Source of the DNA: an uncultured Verrucomicrobiae bacterium
GTDB taxonomy: Bacteria > Verrucomicrobiota > Verrucomicrobiia > Limisphaerales > Palsa-1400
Direction: 5' to 3'
Length of the DNA: 64,000 bases
Assembly: GCA_963813995.1 (NCBI GenBank)
Contig: CAWFAZ010000045.1
Coordinates: forward strand, 46,395 to 110,394
The notes under the pieces are model-generated. The model was given only the letters and a program-made list of their open reading frames with translations, did no database searches and had not been told where the DNA came from. Both the position numbers and the translations under genes were made by a program. Of this stretch, positions 38,083 to 47,246 are shown in pieces (the first letter of the stretch is position 1; every line of letters starts with the position of its first letter).

Positions 38083-38613
38083 ATGAAATCAAAAACATTA
38101 ATTGCGACAGCAGTGCTGGCGGCCGCAGTGGCTGCCCAGGCGGACATCACCGAAACATTCCCTGAAGTCAACGGGCCATATGTGGATTACAGCTATACCT
38201 TTCCGCAGCCGATGACGACGATCGGTACCGTCAATTATTCCATTCCCGCTGGTGAGACGATTTTGGGGGCGACGCTCTCGGGCATTTTCGGCGACACCAG
38301 TGACTTTTATGGCAGCTCTGCGGAGTTCGATCTTTATGCCAACGGCACCGAAGTCATATCCACCTATGACGTCAGCCCGGACCCCTACTACAACGTGGTT
38401 CCTTTCACCGCTTCTTACAACGACATTGCCAGCCTGGAGACCGGTTCCGTTACTTTGTCGTATGTCCAGGAGTCCCCATACGACGTGCGCTTGAGTGAAG
38501 TGACTTTGGATATTCAGACCTCGAGCGTGCCGGATGTGACAGGCATGTCATCCGTTGTCATGGCGGGCCTTGGTTTAGCCGGCTTCGCGCGGCGTTTCGC
38601 CAGGAAGGGTTAG
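38083..38613 (+). CDS. Small secreted protein with a PEP-CTERM-like (VPD variant) sorting tail
   Basis: Signal peptide MKSKTLIATAVLAAAVAAQA. C-terminus VPDVTGMSSVVMAGLGLAGFARRFARKG (motif, TM helix, basic tail). Confidence 0.6.
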   Translation: MKSKTLIATAVLAAAVAAQADITETFPEVNGPYVDYSYTFPQPMTTIGTVNYSIPAGETILGATLSGIFGDTSDFYGSSAEFDLYANGTEVISTYDVSPDPYYNVVPFTASYNDIASLETGSVTLSYVQESPYDVRLSEVTLDIQTSSVPDVTGMSSVVMAGLGLAGFARRFARKG

Positions 38614-38640
38614 TCCCCCGGCAATTCTCTGTCCTTTGCA

Positions 38641-38668
38641 AAGACCACCGAAAGGTGGTCTTTTTTTT
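38641..38668 (+). terminator. Rho-independent terminator
   Basis: aagaccacc-gaaa-ggtggtctt followed by a T-run. Confidence 0.75.
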
Positions 38669-38876
38669 GTCTTCACGTTGCAATCAAAAATTCATTTCTC
38701 AATATTCCCGGTGGAATCTTGCGCCGAAAACTGACACCGGCCCGCAATGCGCGCTTCCTCGCAACTGTTGAAACCAAACCATGAGCAACTTCCCGCGTAT
38801 TTCCTTTATGTCATGTTTTGTGCTTAATACATTTTTTCCTTTGACTAAATATATTTTGGGTGCGATAAAGTAAAAT

Positions 38877-40265
38877 ATGTTGTCTCTTTTTGACATGAAA
38901 AGCAATTTTTACGTCCGGCCTTTGTCCGCCATGGTGGCTGCCGCCATGTTTTTGGCGGGACGGAGTTTCGGCCAGGATGCCGCCCAAACCAACAACGCGC
39001 CGCCCCCAACCCCGCCAAATCCGGCTGCCGCGCAGGAACCGTTTTGGAATCTTCACATGGAGGCAACGTATGTCGGCCAGTGGCATCCCGGTTTCCCGGC
39101 GCAGTATTCCGGCCCGCAAAGTTTGGACAACCACTCCGCAACAGCGGAAACGGTCGATTTCGACCTCTTCCTCGGCGCGCGATTGTGGCGGGGAGCCGAA
39201 TTTCATGTGGACGGCTTGTTCTGGCAGGGGTTCGGCTTCAACCACACTTTGGGCATTGAAGCCTTTCCCAACGCCGAGGCCTACAAAGTCGGCTCGTATG
39301 ACGGCAACGTCACCCCGGCCCGCGTCTTTCTCCGGCAAACCATCGGGCTGGGGGGCGATCAGGAACCGGTGGCGGATGACGCCTTCCACCTCGGCGGGCG
39401 GCAGGACGTATCCCGCATCACGCTGACGGTCGGACAAATCAGCGTCCTGGACATTTTTGATCAAAACTCCTGCGCCGGCGACCCGACAACCCAATTCCTG
39501 AATTGGGCCTTGGTCGGCAACGAAGCTTGGGACTATCCGGCCAACAGCATGGGCTACATCACCGGATTCGCCGCCGAATTGAACCAGCCCAACTGGACGG
39601 CCCGCTATGGATTCTTCCAGATGCCGCAGCGGGCCAATGGCATGGCCGAAGACCCCGCCTTCCTGCGGGCCTGGGGCATGGTCACGGAGTTGGAACGCCG
39701 CTTCGCCTTCCATAATCATCCGGGGGCGGTGCGTTGGCTCGCCTTCCTGAACCGCGCGGACATGGGCAGTTTCGCGGAGGCGCTGGAAAATCCGGCGCGC
39801 CCGGCCAATATAGTTGACACCCGCCAGTACCGCCTCAAATACGGCTTTGGACTCAACGCCGAGTATGAATTGATCCACGGCGTCGGCGTCTTCACTCGCC
39901 TGGGCTGGAACGACGGCCAAACCGAAAATTGGGCCTATGCCGATGTGTCCAAGACCGGCTCGGCGGGGTTGAGCATCAAGGGCGCTTTCTGGAACCGCCC
40001 CAACGATACGGTGGGACTGGCGGGGATCATTAACGGCATTTCGCGCGTCGAGCAGGATTACTTCGCCGCGGGCGGGCGGGGCATCCTGGCTGGAGACGGA
40101 GCGCTCAGTTACAGTTTGGAGAAGACGCTCGAAACCTATTACAAATTCCAAATTTGGAAGAACCTCAATGTCACGGCGGATTATCAGTATGTGATCAATC
40201 CAGCTTACAACGCGGCGCGCGGTCCGGTTTCAATTCTGGGCATGCGATTCCACTGGGACTTCTGA
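38877..40265 (+). CDS. OprB-family carbohydrate-selective porin
   Basis: Signal-like N-terminus. WNLHMEATYVGQWHPGFPAQYSGPQSL and the terminal ..GMRFHWDF are typical of OprB-type beta-barrels. Confidence 0.75.
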   Translation: MLSLFDMKSNFYVRPLSAMVAAAMFLAGRSFGQDAAQTNNAPPPTPPNPAAAQEPFWNLHMEATYVGQWHPGFPAQYSGPQSLDNHSATAETVDFDLFLGARLWRGAEFHVDGLFWQGFGFNHTLGIEAFPNAEAYKVGSYDGNVTPARVFLRQTIGLGGDQEPVADDAFHLGGRQDVSRITLTVGQISVLDIFDQNSCAGDPTTQFLNWALVGNEAWDYPANSMGYITGFAAELNQPNWTARYGFFQMPQRANGMAEDPAFLRAWGMVTELERRFAFHNHPGAVRWLAFLNRADMGSFAEALENPARPANIVDTRQYRLKYGFGLNAEYELIHGVGVFTRLGWNDGQTENWAYADVSKTGSAGLSIKGAFWNRPNDTVGLAGIINGISRVEQDYFAAGGRGILAGDGALSYSLEKTLETYYKFQIWKNLNVTADYQYVINPAYNAARGPVSILGMRFHWDF

Positions 40266-40293
40266 GCCTCACGGCAGGAAGTCTGGAAGCGGC

Positions 40294-41561
40294 TCATTGC
40301 ATGGGCAACATCTCATTGAGCGTTGTATGCGTTTGCACGGAGGCCGCGCAGGCTTGCTGATACCGCTGCAAACAGGTCGATTCGCCGTCAATCGACACGC
40401 CGTGCGCCGATTCGCGTTCGTTGGCCAGCATTTGCGCCACCGCCTGGCTGCTGCTCAAATCGTCGCTGACCTTCGACAGGGTGCCGCCCAGGTTGGAAAC
40501 GGTTTGGGCATAGCTTTGGCCGAAGGTCTCCAGGGCCGGCCCCGCCGCATTGTTCCCGTTCGCTCCCGCCGCGCCGCCGGCCTGCAACTGTGACGGATCA
40601 TTGGCCACAATGCTGTTGACACCGATGTCCGACGCGTCGGTCCCCGTAAAAAAATCCCGCCGGTCCCGCCGTTCAAGTCGCGGCCGGAGCGGTAAATGGA
40701 ATTGAACCGTGTGATCAATTGCCAGGCCAGGTGGTTCAGCCCGCTTTGCAAGCCGGCCAATCCGCCGTCGCGAGCGGTGATTTTCCCCCCAATGCTGCCG
40801 CCGGCCGGCTTCAGCCGCGTGCCGGCGTTTTGCGCCTGGAGGCGCAGATTCTCGTTCTCATCCGGATACGTTGCCAGGCTGTCAGGCGTCTTTGCCCCGC
40901 AAACCATGGCGATCCCGCCGATGCTCACGTTGACGCCGCCGTCGGCCCGGGGCGTGGCAATGATGTTGACGCAGCCGGACAGCGTTTCCAGCCATTGTTC
41001 GCGCTGTTCGGCCAAAGTGCCGGCCCTCCCGCCCGATGCCCGCGCCTCGATGATCTGCTGGTTCAAGACGGCAATATCATTCAGGTTCTGATTGGCCCGC
41101 ACCACGTCCTTTTGAATGGAACCATTCAAATCGTTTCTCAAACCCTTCAGCCGGGAGGAGGCGCGGTTGAATTTCGCGGCGACGTCCTGCGCGCTTCGCA
41201 CAATCCCGCGCCGCAGCGGGAGGTTGGCCGGGTCGCGGTACAGGGTTTCAAAGGAGCTGAACAAATTCGACAGGTCGGCGTCCAGTCCATTGAGACCATT
41301 GGGCGCGGCGCTGAAACGGATGAACTCATCCAGACAGGTCCCGGCGTGTTGCAGGTTCCTTTGCTGGGCGGCCAGCGAGCCGGTCACACTGGCTTCGGCC
41401 TGGAGTTGCGCGTCCAGCAGGGGATCGCGCGCTTCGGCAATGACGGCGGCTTCGACTCCCCTCCCCTCCCAGCCCGCCAGCGCCAGCACGGGAGCGGCGG
41501 CCTGAATGGCCCGTTGTTGGCGGGCCCGTTTTTTGACATCGGTGTCAAGTAATGCAATCAT
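40294..41561 (-). pseudogene. flgK: Flagellar hook-associated protein FlgK, frameshifted and N-terminally short
   Basis: Two ORFs (40455..41561 and 40294..40608) carry collinear FlgK segments. ..GRDLNGGTGG continues in another frame as DFFTGTDASDIGVNSIVANDPSQL. The C-terminus is ..SIDGESTCLQRYQQACAASVQ... The shift lies near the run cgtaaaaaaatcccgcc (40645..40662). About 20 canonical N-terminal residues are absent. Confidence 0.7.
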
Positions 41562-41573
41562 AATCCCGATTGG

Positions 41574-42071
41574 TCAGTTTACCTCCTCCTGCAGTTGTCG
41601 CGTTGCCCGCGAGAGTGTCGGCAACCTGTCCTGGCCGTTGCCAATCGACGTCTGGACCGGGGGGCAAAGTGAATTCAAAAGCTGCTGCATCAATTCCACC
41701 GAGCGTTTCAGCATCAAATGATTCTGCCGCGCCCGGCGGCGCACACGAAACAAAAGTTCGTTGTTTTCATCCACCAGCGCCTTGAGCAGCGGCTGGTAAT
41801 CCGCCGGCAACGAGGGAATCAGGTTCTTAAATGACGTGTTCTCCGCCTCCCCCGCCGCCTCGGCCACAGCGCGGCGGCAATCCTCCCGCCGCTTCCGGGC
41901 TTCCTGGATGGCCAGGCCTTGCGCCTGGACCAGGCTGACGGACTGGGACACTTCATTCGCGGCGCGGGTCATGAGATATTCCTGCTGCCGGTCCAACAGG
42001 GCCAGCATTTCCCCGTAATTTTTCAACTCGTCACGGAGGGCTTCGATTAGTTCTTTGATGCTTTCCATCAT
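41574..42071 (-). CDS. FlgN-like flagellar chaperone
   Basis: 165 aa, helical. LIEALRDELKNYGEMLALLDRQQEYL is a FlgN-type N-terminus. It ends 10 nt upstream of flgK. Confidence 0.6.
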   Translation of the reverse strand: MMESIKELIEALRDELKNYGEMLALLDRQQEYLMTRAANEVSQSVSLVQAQGLAIQEARKRREDCRRAVAEAAGEAENTSFKNLIPSLPADYQPLLKALVDENNELLFRVRRRARQNHLMLKRSVELMQQLLNSLCPPVQTSIGNGQDRLPTLSRATRQLQEEVN

Positions 42072-42416
42072 GGATAATTTACGGCTTCCTGCTCACACTT
42101 CTTTAGGGGGGGCGTCTTCAAGGTCTTCGATGTCGCCGCCCGCGGTAAAACCCGGGGGTCAAATGCCGCTAGCGGTTGAGCCGCCTGGCAATCCGCTTCA
42201 TAAACTCTCTGGGCGTCGATCATTTCACTTCCCCTTGAGCATCCACTGTGCCATGACAAAAAACCCTTGTTTTAAAGGGGGTTTGTGAAGTCATGGCCCG
42301 AAAAGGGGAAAAACATGCCACGCCAGACAGGATGAATTTGCCCCCGGCCCCGCTCCTCCCGGTTCAAGCAATAAAAGGGTTGCCAGCCCCGCCCAAAAAC
42401 GCTATCAATCCTGATC

Positions 42417-42902
42417 ATGCCAACAGTCGGCGAACAACTGCGCGCGGCGCGCCAGGCCCAGAATCTGGAAATTCACCAGGTGGCGGATTGGACCAAAATC
42501 CGCAGCGACCATATTCGCGCCCTGGAGGAAGGCAATTACAGTGTCTTTTCCGCCCCGGTTTACATTCGCGGTTTTGTGCGCACTTACGCCACTCTCCTGA
42601 AGCTCGACGCCGTGCAAATCCTTCAGCAACTCAGCCATGAGCTGGCCGATTCCGGACAGCACGAGCCTGCTTTGTCCCAGCCCGCCAGTGGCGCGCTGGA
42701 TGACGCCATGTTCCATTTTTCAAAGTTCGTCCGGCGGCTGGCCTTGCCCGCAATGGGGGCGCTTCTTATCGTGGCGGTGGTCGTCGTCTCTTATTTCGTC
42801 TGGCTTCGTTACCAGCACAAGGACCCGTTGCAGGGCTTGGGGCCGGGCCTTTATCAAGCGCCGCCAGCCGGCGAAACCCTGCCCCTGCCCAAATCCAATT
42901 GA
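42417..42902 (+). CDS. RodZ-like helix-turn-helix membrane protein
   Basis: VGEQLRAARQAQNLEIHQVADWTKIRSDHIRALEEGNYSVFSAPVYIRGFVRTYA, followed by one TM helix. Confidence 0.7.
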   Translation: MPTVGEQLRAARQAQNLEIHQVADWTKIRSDHIRALEEGNYSVFSAPVYIRGFVRTYATLLKLDAVQILQQLSHELADSGQHEPALSQPASGALDDAMFHFSKFVRRLALPAMGALLIVAVVVVSYFVWLRYQHKDPLQGLGPGLYQAPPAGETLPLPKSN

Positions 42903-42903
42903 T

Positions 42904-42934
42904 GATTTCAAATTTGAAATTTCAAATTTGAGAT
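42904..42934. repeat. AT-rich palindromic element gatttcaaatttgaaatttcaaatttgagat
   Basis: Contains the 16-bp perfect palindrome atttcaaatttgaaat and a second tcaaatttga. It sits between the rodZ-like stop and the rimO start. Confidence 0.85.
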
Positions 42935-42970
42935 AATCCATCGTAAGTTGTTCCCGTGACGAAATCTCCA

Positions 42971-44584
42971 ATGACAACGCCCGTGCGCGTCGGTCTCATT
43001 TCCCTCGGTTGCGCCAAAAACCTGGCCGACGCCGAAATCATGCTCGGCTCCCTCCTCAAGGCCGGATTGGAAATCACCAATGATCCCAGCCAGGCGGACG
43101 TTGTCATTGTTAATACCTGTTCCTTTATTGACGCCGCCCAGGAAGAAAGCGTTGATGCCATTTTGCAATCCGCCGAAGTGCGCGCGCAGACCCGGCCCGG
43201 CCAGGGCCTGATCGTCTCCGGCTGCCTGCCCCAACGCTATCGCGACGAGCTGCCCGCTCTCCTGCCGGAAGTCGATGCCTTCATGGGCATCGATCAAGTC
43301 GCGCAGGCGGCGGATATTGTCCGGCAGGCCCTGGCGCGCCGCCGCGAGAAACTGGCCCAACCGCCGATTTCCAATTTCAAATCTCCAATTTTCAGGCATG
43401 GAGTCCCGGCTTCAGCCGGCAAGGTTCCGCCTGCACCCGCCGCTCCGCTCATCCAGGTCAACCTTCGGCCCGCTTACATTCCCGATTTTGCCACCCCGCG
43501 CTTCCGGCTGACGCCCAAACATTTTGCTTACGTGAAGATTGCCGAAGGCTGCAATCATCCGTGCAGCTTTTGCATCATTCCCCGCATGCGCGGCTCCCAT
43601 CGCAGCCGCGGCCAGGCCGACATCATTCAAGAGGCCCGCCAACTCATCGCCGAAGGCGTCAAAGAACTGAACCTCATCTCGCAGGACTCGACCTACTACG
43701 GCCTGGACCTGCGGCCCAACGCCAGCCGCGCCATATCCTCGCCCGAAAGATTCTCCGCCACCGCCAAATCCCTCACCGCCGGAGCAACGACCCTTTGCAC
43801 GCTCCTGCGCGAACTCAACGCCTTGCCCGGCCATTTCTGGGTGCGGCTCCTTTACACCCACCCCGCCCACTGGACCGACGAGCTGATTGAAACGATTGCC
43901 CAATGCCCGAAAGTGGCGCGCTACGTGGACATACCGCTGCAACACATCCATCCAAACATGCTCGAACGCATGCGCCGCGAAACCTCGTCCCAGTACATCA
44001 TAGACCTAATCGCCAAAATCCGGGCCGGCATCCCTGGCATAGCTATTCGGACCACATTCATCGTCGGCTTCCCCGGCGAAACCGAAGCCTGTTTCCAGAC
44101 ATTGCTCGACTTCATCGCCAAAACCCGATTCGAGCGAATGGGCGTCTTCACCTATTCCCGGCAAGACGGCACGCGCGCCGGCAAAATGGAAACCCAAATT
44201 CCCGACCCCATCAAAAAGCGCCGTCAAAACTTGGCCATGTCCGCGCAACTAAAAATAGCCCGCGCCATCTCGGCCTCTTATGTAGGCCGGGAGATGGAAG
44301 TCCTGGTCGAACGCGAAGCGCACTTGCGGGACATGCCCAAAGACAACATCAGTTCATGGGAACACGGATTAATCCGTTCCTCCGCGTCGGCAGACGGCCC
44401 CGCATCCGCCCGGCGCGGGAGTATTCTGATCGCGCGCAGCCAGTCCGACGCGCCCGACATAGATGGTCGGGTATATATTCGAGGCAAGCTGGAAGCAGGC
44501 CAATTTGCCCGCGTCAAAATCACCGCCCACACCGACTACGATTTGCTCGCCGAACCCATCTTGTCCGAGCCGTTCGACAAATGA
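42971..44584 (+). CDS. rimO: Ribosomal protein S12 methylthiotransferase RimO
   Basis: VGLISLGCAKNLADAE, VIVNTCSFID, radical-SAM motif EGCNHPCSFCIIP, and a TRAM-like C-terminus. A GTG at 42956 is an alternative start. Confidence 0.9.
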   Translation: MTTPVRVGLISLGCAKNLADAEIMLGSLLKAGLEITNDPSQADVVIVNTCSFIDAAQEESVDAILQSAEVRAQTRPGQGLIVSGCLPQRYRDELPALLPEVDAFMGIDQVAQAADIVRQALARRREKLAQPPISNFKSPIFRHGVPASAGKVPPAPAAPLIQVNLRPAYIPDFATPRFRLTPKHFAYVKIAEGCNHPCSFCIIPRMRGSHRSRGQADIIQEARQLIAEGVKELNLISQDSTYYGLDLRPNASRAISSPERFSATAKSLTAGATTLCTLLRELNALPGHFWVRLLYTHPAHWTDELIETIAQCPKVARYVDIPLQHIHPNMLERMRRETSSQYIIDLIAKIRAGIPGIAIRTTFIVGFPGETEACFQTLLDFIAKTRFERMGVFTYSRQDGTRAGKMETQIPDPIKKRRQNLAMSAQLKIARAISASYVGREMEVLVEREAHLRDMPKDNISSWEHGLIRSSASADGPASARRGSILIARSQSDAPDIDGRVYIRGKLEAGQFARVKITAHTDYDLLAEPILSEPFDK

Positions 44585-44588
44585 CACC

Positions 44589-45668
44589 ATGAAGAAAAGA
44601 CCCTTTTCATCTCAAAAGAAACTGACAGTCGCCGCTGTCTGTCCCGGCGGCTTGCTGGCCGACGTGCGGGAACTCATCCTGCTTGCGCGCGAAGGTGTGG
44701 CGCAAACCGTCAATGCCGGGTTGACACTTCTCTATTGGCAGATTGGCCGGCGTATCCATCAGGACATCTTGAGGGAGAAGCGGGCGGAGTATGGCGGGCA
44801 GATTGTCTCCGCACTGGGGAGACAATTGGAAGGGGAGTTCGGACGGGGATTTTCGGAAAAGTCGCTGCGTCACATGATTCGGTTTGCGGAAGTTTTCCCG
44901 GACGGGCAGATTGTCTCCGCACTGCGGAGACATTTGACTTGGACTCATTTCAAATCAGTTGTTTACCTCGACGACCCACTCAAACGCGACTTCTACGCGG
45001 AGATGTGCCGCATTGAAAACTGGAACACCCGCACGCTGGAAAAGAAGATCGGTTCGATGCTGTTCGAACGCACCGCGCTGTCGAAGAAGCCGGACAAGCT
45101 CATCCGGCAGGAGTTGGCGGCTTTGCGTGCGGAGGACCGGCTGACGCCCGACTTGGTGTTTCGCGATCCCTACGTGCTGGATTTTCTCCAGTTGCACGAC
45201 ACTTACGCGGAGCAGGACATTGAGGCGGCGATTCTGCGCGAAATGGAGTCCTTCATTCTGGAACTGGGCGTGGGCTTTTGCTTCGTGGCGCGGCAGAAGC
45301 GGATGCAGATTGACGACAAGGATTATCATCTCGACCTGCTGTTTTATCATCGCAAGCTGCGCCGGCTGGTGGCGATTGACTTGAAGCTCCGGAATTTTGA
45401 AGCCGCCGACAAAGGGCAGATGGAATTGTATCTGAACTGGCTCAAGCGTTATGAATGCGACCCGGGTGACGCCGCGCCGCTGGGAATCATCCTGTGCGCG
45501 GGTAAACGCCGGCAACACGTCGAGTTGCTGGAACTGGAAAAGAGCGGCATCCACGTTGCCAGCTACTGGACAAAAATTCTTCCCAGGAAACAACTTGAAC
45601 GCAAACTCCAGCAGGCTGTCCGCCTCGCCCGTGCCGCCCTGGCCCGGCGCTCACTGACGCCATCCTGA
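44589..45668 (+). CDS. YhcG/DUF1016-family PDDEXK nuclease-like protein
   Basis: The ATG lies 4 nt after the rimO stop. Duplicated GGQIVSALGRQL / DGQIVSALRRHL N-domain. Nuclease core DLLFYHRKLRRLVAIDLKL..KGQMELYLNWL. Confidence 0.85.
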   Translation: MKKRPFSSQKKLTVAAVCPGGLLADVRELILLAREGVAQTVNAGLTLLYWQIGRRIHQDILREKRAEYGGQIVSALGRQLEGEFGRGFSEKSLRHMIRFAEVFPDGQIVSALRRHLTWTHFKSVVYLDDPLKRDFYAEMCRIENWNTRTLEKKIGSMLFERTALSKKPDKLIRQELAALRAEDRLTPDLVFRDPYVLDFLQLHDTYAEQDIEAAILREMESFILELGVGFCFVARQKRMQIDDKDYHLDLLFYHRKLRRLVAIDLKLRNFEAADKGQMELYLNWLKRYECDPGDAAPLGIILCAGKRRQHVELLELEKSGIHVASYWTKILPRKQLERKLQQAVRLARAALARRSLTPS

Positions 45669-45689
45669 CCGCCATCTTGTCGCGCCAAC

Positions 45690-45745
45690 CCGTCCGATCC
45701 GTCCGACCCGTCCCACCTGTCCGACATGTCCCATTTCACGTCCCC
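45690..45745. repeat. Tandem 9-mers ccgtccgat/ccgtccgac/ccgtcccac/ctgtccgac/atgtcccat (GTCCC orientation)
   Basis: Read directly. Six units with 9-bp period start 22 nt after the yhcG-like stop. Confidence 0.85.
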
Positions 45746-45921
45746 GTATCGCAGCCGCAAAATCATGCGCTTCTGAAATAAAAATCTGCGATTGCGTGGG
45801 ATCGGTTTTTGCACGAGCCATTCACGGAGGACAGAAAATCGGGAGAAGCGCAGCCGCCAAAGAAAAAGGTGGAAAGTTCTAAGATTGCAGAGAGGCGATC
45901 GGAGTGGTAGAAATCCTCCCA

Positions 45922-46878
45922 ATGGCTGTCCCAAAGCATGAAGTGAAAAAACTTCGCCGGGCGATTCGACAATCGTTGAAGGCGCAAGGCTTCCATCTCT
46001 CCGGCTCTGAAGTCAGTTTTCGTCAGCGTCATGACAAGCGTAGCATCCGTAAGCGGCATCAGCATGCAGTGGCTAAAAGAATCAATTTGGCAAAGCCATC
46101 GTTGGAGCAAGCGGAGGACGAGCTTCTCTCGTTCCTAGCTTCCGGCCACGAAGTTGATCCGGCGCGCATTGTGCCGCGTCTTCATAAAGTCGAACCTGGT
46201 ACCATCGAATCCAAGTTATTCAAGTATGCTTGCTTGCACTGGAGCATCCCGGTTTCGGACGGGTATGGGCGGCGACTTCGCTTCCTTATTTTCGATGACT
46301 CCAATGGCAAACTGATCGGTTTGTTTGGATTGGGTGATCCAGTTTACTCGATCAAGGCAAGAGACGAGTGGGTTGGGTGGGGAGCAAATGCGAAAGCCGA
46401 GCGGCTCTACCATGTGATGGATGCGTATGTGCTTGGAGCCGTACCGCCGTATTCGCAACTGCTCGGTGGAAAACTCGTCGCCTTGGCAGCGATCTGCGGC
46501 GAAGTACGGCGGGCTTTTGTGCGTCGTTACGCGGGCCGTCGCTCAGTGATTTCTGGAAAGAAACGAGAGGCTTACTTGGTGGGTGTCACTACGGCATCCG
46601 CACTCGGCCGGTCTTCACTCTACAATCGCGTCGCGTTCAAGGGCCGCAAAGTGTTTGAAAGTGTCGGATTCACCGGCGGATGGGGCGAGTTTCACTTTTC
46701 GGATGGCGTTTATGAGCGGTTGACCGATTTTGCAAGCGAGCACTGCATTCCTACGGCGAAGCAGGAGAAGTGGGGCAGCGGCTTTTCGGCTGGCAACACA
46801 GCGGCAACAGTTGGCAACATGTCGCTGGTTTTCGTCTTTCGCTGCCTCAGAAGCTGTATAAAACTTTTAGCCATCTGA
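45922..46878 (+). CDS. DUF4338-like protein (the domain found in Druantia DruA). The 3' end is possibly frameshifted.
   Basis: GRRLRFLIFDDSNGKLIGLFGLGDPVYSIKARDEWVGWGANAKAERLYHVMDAYVLGAVPPY..LGGKLVAL is collinear with the DUF4338 pattern (G.LRYLV.....G...FG.....RD.WIGW...R..L). After ..EKWGSGF the tail looks non-protein-like. Another frame stays open to 46973 and ends in an ATGA overlap with the next ORF. Confidence 0.65.
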   Translation: MAVPKHEVKKLRRAIRQSLKAQGFHLSGSEVSFRQRHDKRSIRKRHQHAVAKRINLAKPSLEQAEDELLSFLASGHEVDPARIVPRLHKVEPGTIESKLFKYACLHWSIPVSDGYGRRLRFLIFDDSNGKLIGLFGLGDPVYSIKARDEWVGWGANAKAERLYHVMDAYVLGAVPPYSQLLGGKLVALAAICGEVRRAFVRRYAGRRSVISGKKREAYLVGVTTASALGRSSLYNRVAFKGRKVFESVGFTGGWGEFHFSDGVYERLTDFASEHCIPTAKQEKWGSGFSAGNTAATVGNMSLVFVFRCLRSCIKLLAI

Positions 46879-46969
46879 AAGGAGCGTTGGCTGCTTCCGC
46901 GAGCAGAACGCGACCAATCATATTTGGCTTTCAAGAAAACCGACTGGCTGCTTTGGTCGGCGAAAAGCC

Positions 46970-47164
46970 ATGACTGAAACCGCCTCAAATCCCGCGCCGT
47001 TTGGTGATTTGCCAAGCGCCTTGGTTGACGAAGTATTACAGCGCACCGCCGCTGTTGGTCAGCACTTACTCAAGTCGTTTGAGCACGTTCGCGCCGAGCG
47101 CAAAACGCTCCGCGATGATCTTAGCGGAAACGGACTGCTTTGCCCCGAAAGTTTTCGGGGTTGA
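46970..47164 (+). CDS. 64-aa ORF, possibly the N-terminal fragment of a lost larger gene
   Basis: ATGA coupling to the alternative frame of the DUF4338 gene. The reading frame collapses at 47164, just before pgsA. Confidence 0.3.
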   Translation: MTETASNPAPFGDLPSALVDEVLQRTAAVGQHLLKSFEHVRAERKTLRDDLSGNGLLCPESFRG

Positions 47165-47246
47165 TGATCTCTGTGGCAAAAGTTGTTTGCTTCGCGGGCG
47201 GAATCTGTCTTTATATTGCCTGCCGAAAATGATTCCAAAAATGTGA

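Noticed and set aside
42068-42259. Small ORF overlapping the flgN-like start (ATGA) as a candidate FlgM anti-sigma factor.
   Set aside because: The sequence (MIDAQRVYEADCQAAQPLAAFDPRVL..) lacks the conserved C-terminal FlgM helix pattern. It may still be a real coupled ORF, but I cannot support the call. A terminator-like hairpin (aaccccctt/aagggtt plus a T-run on the minus strand, about 42262..42290) sits just upstream.
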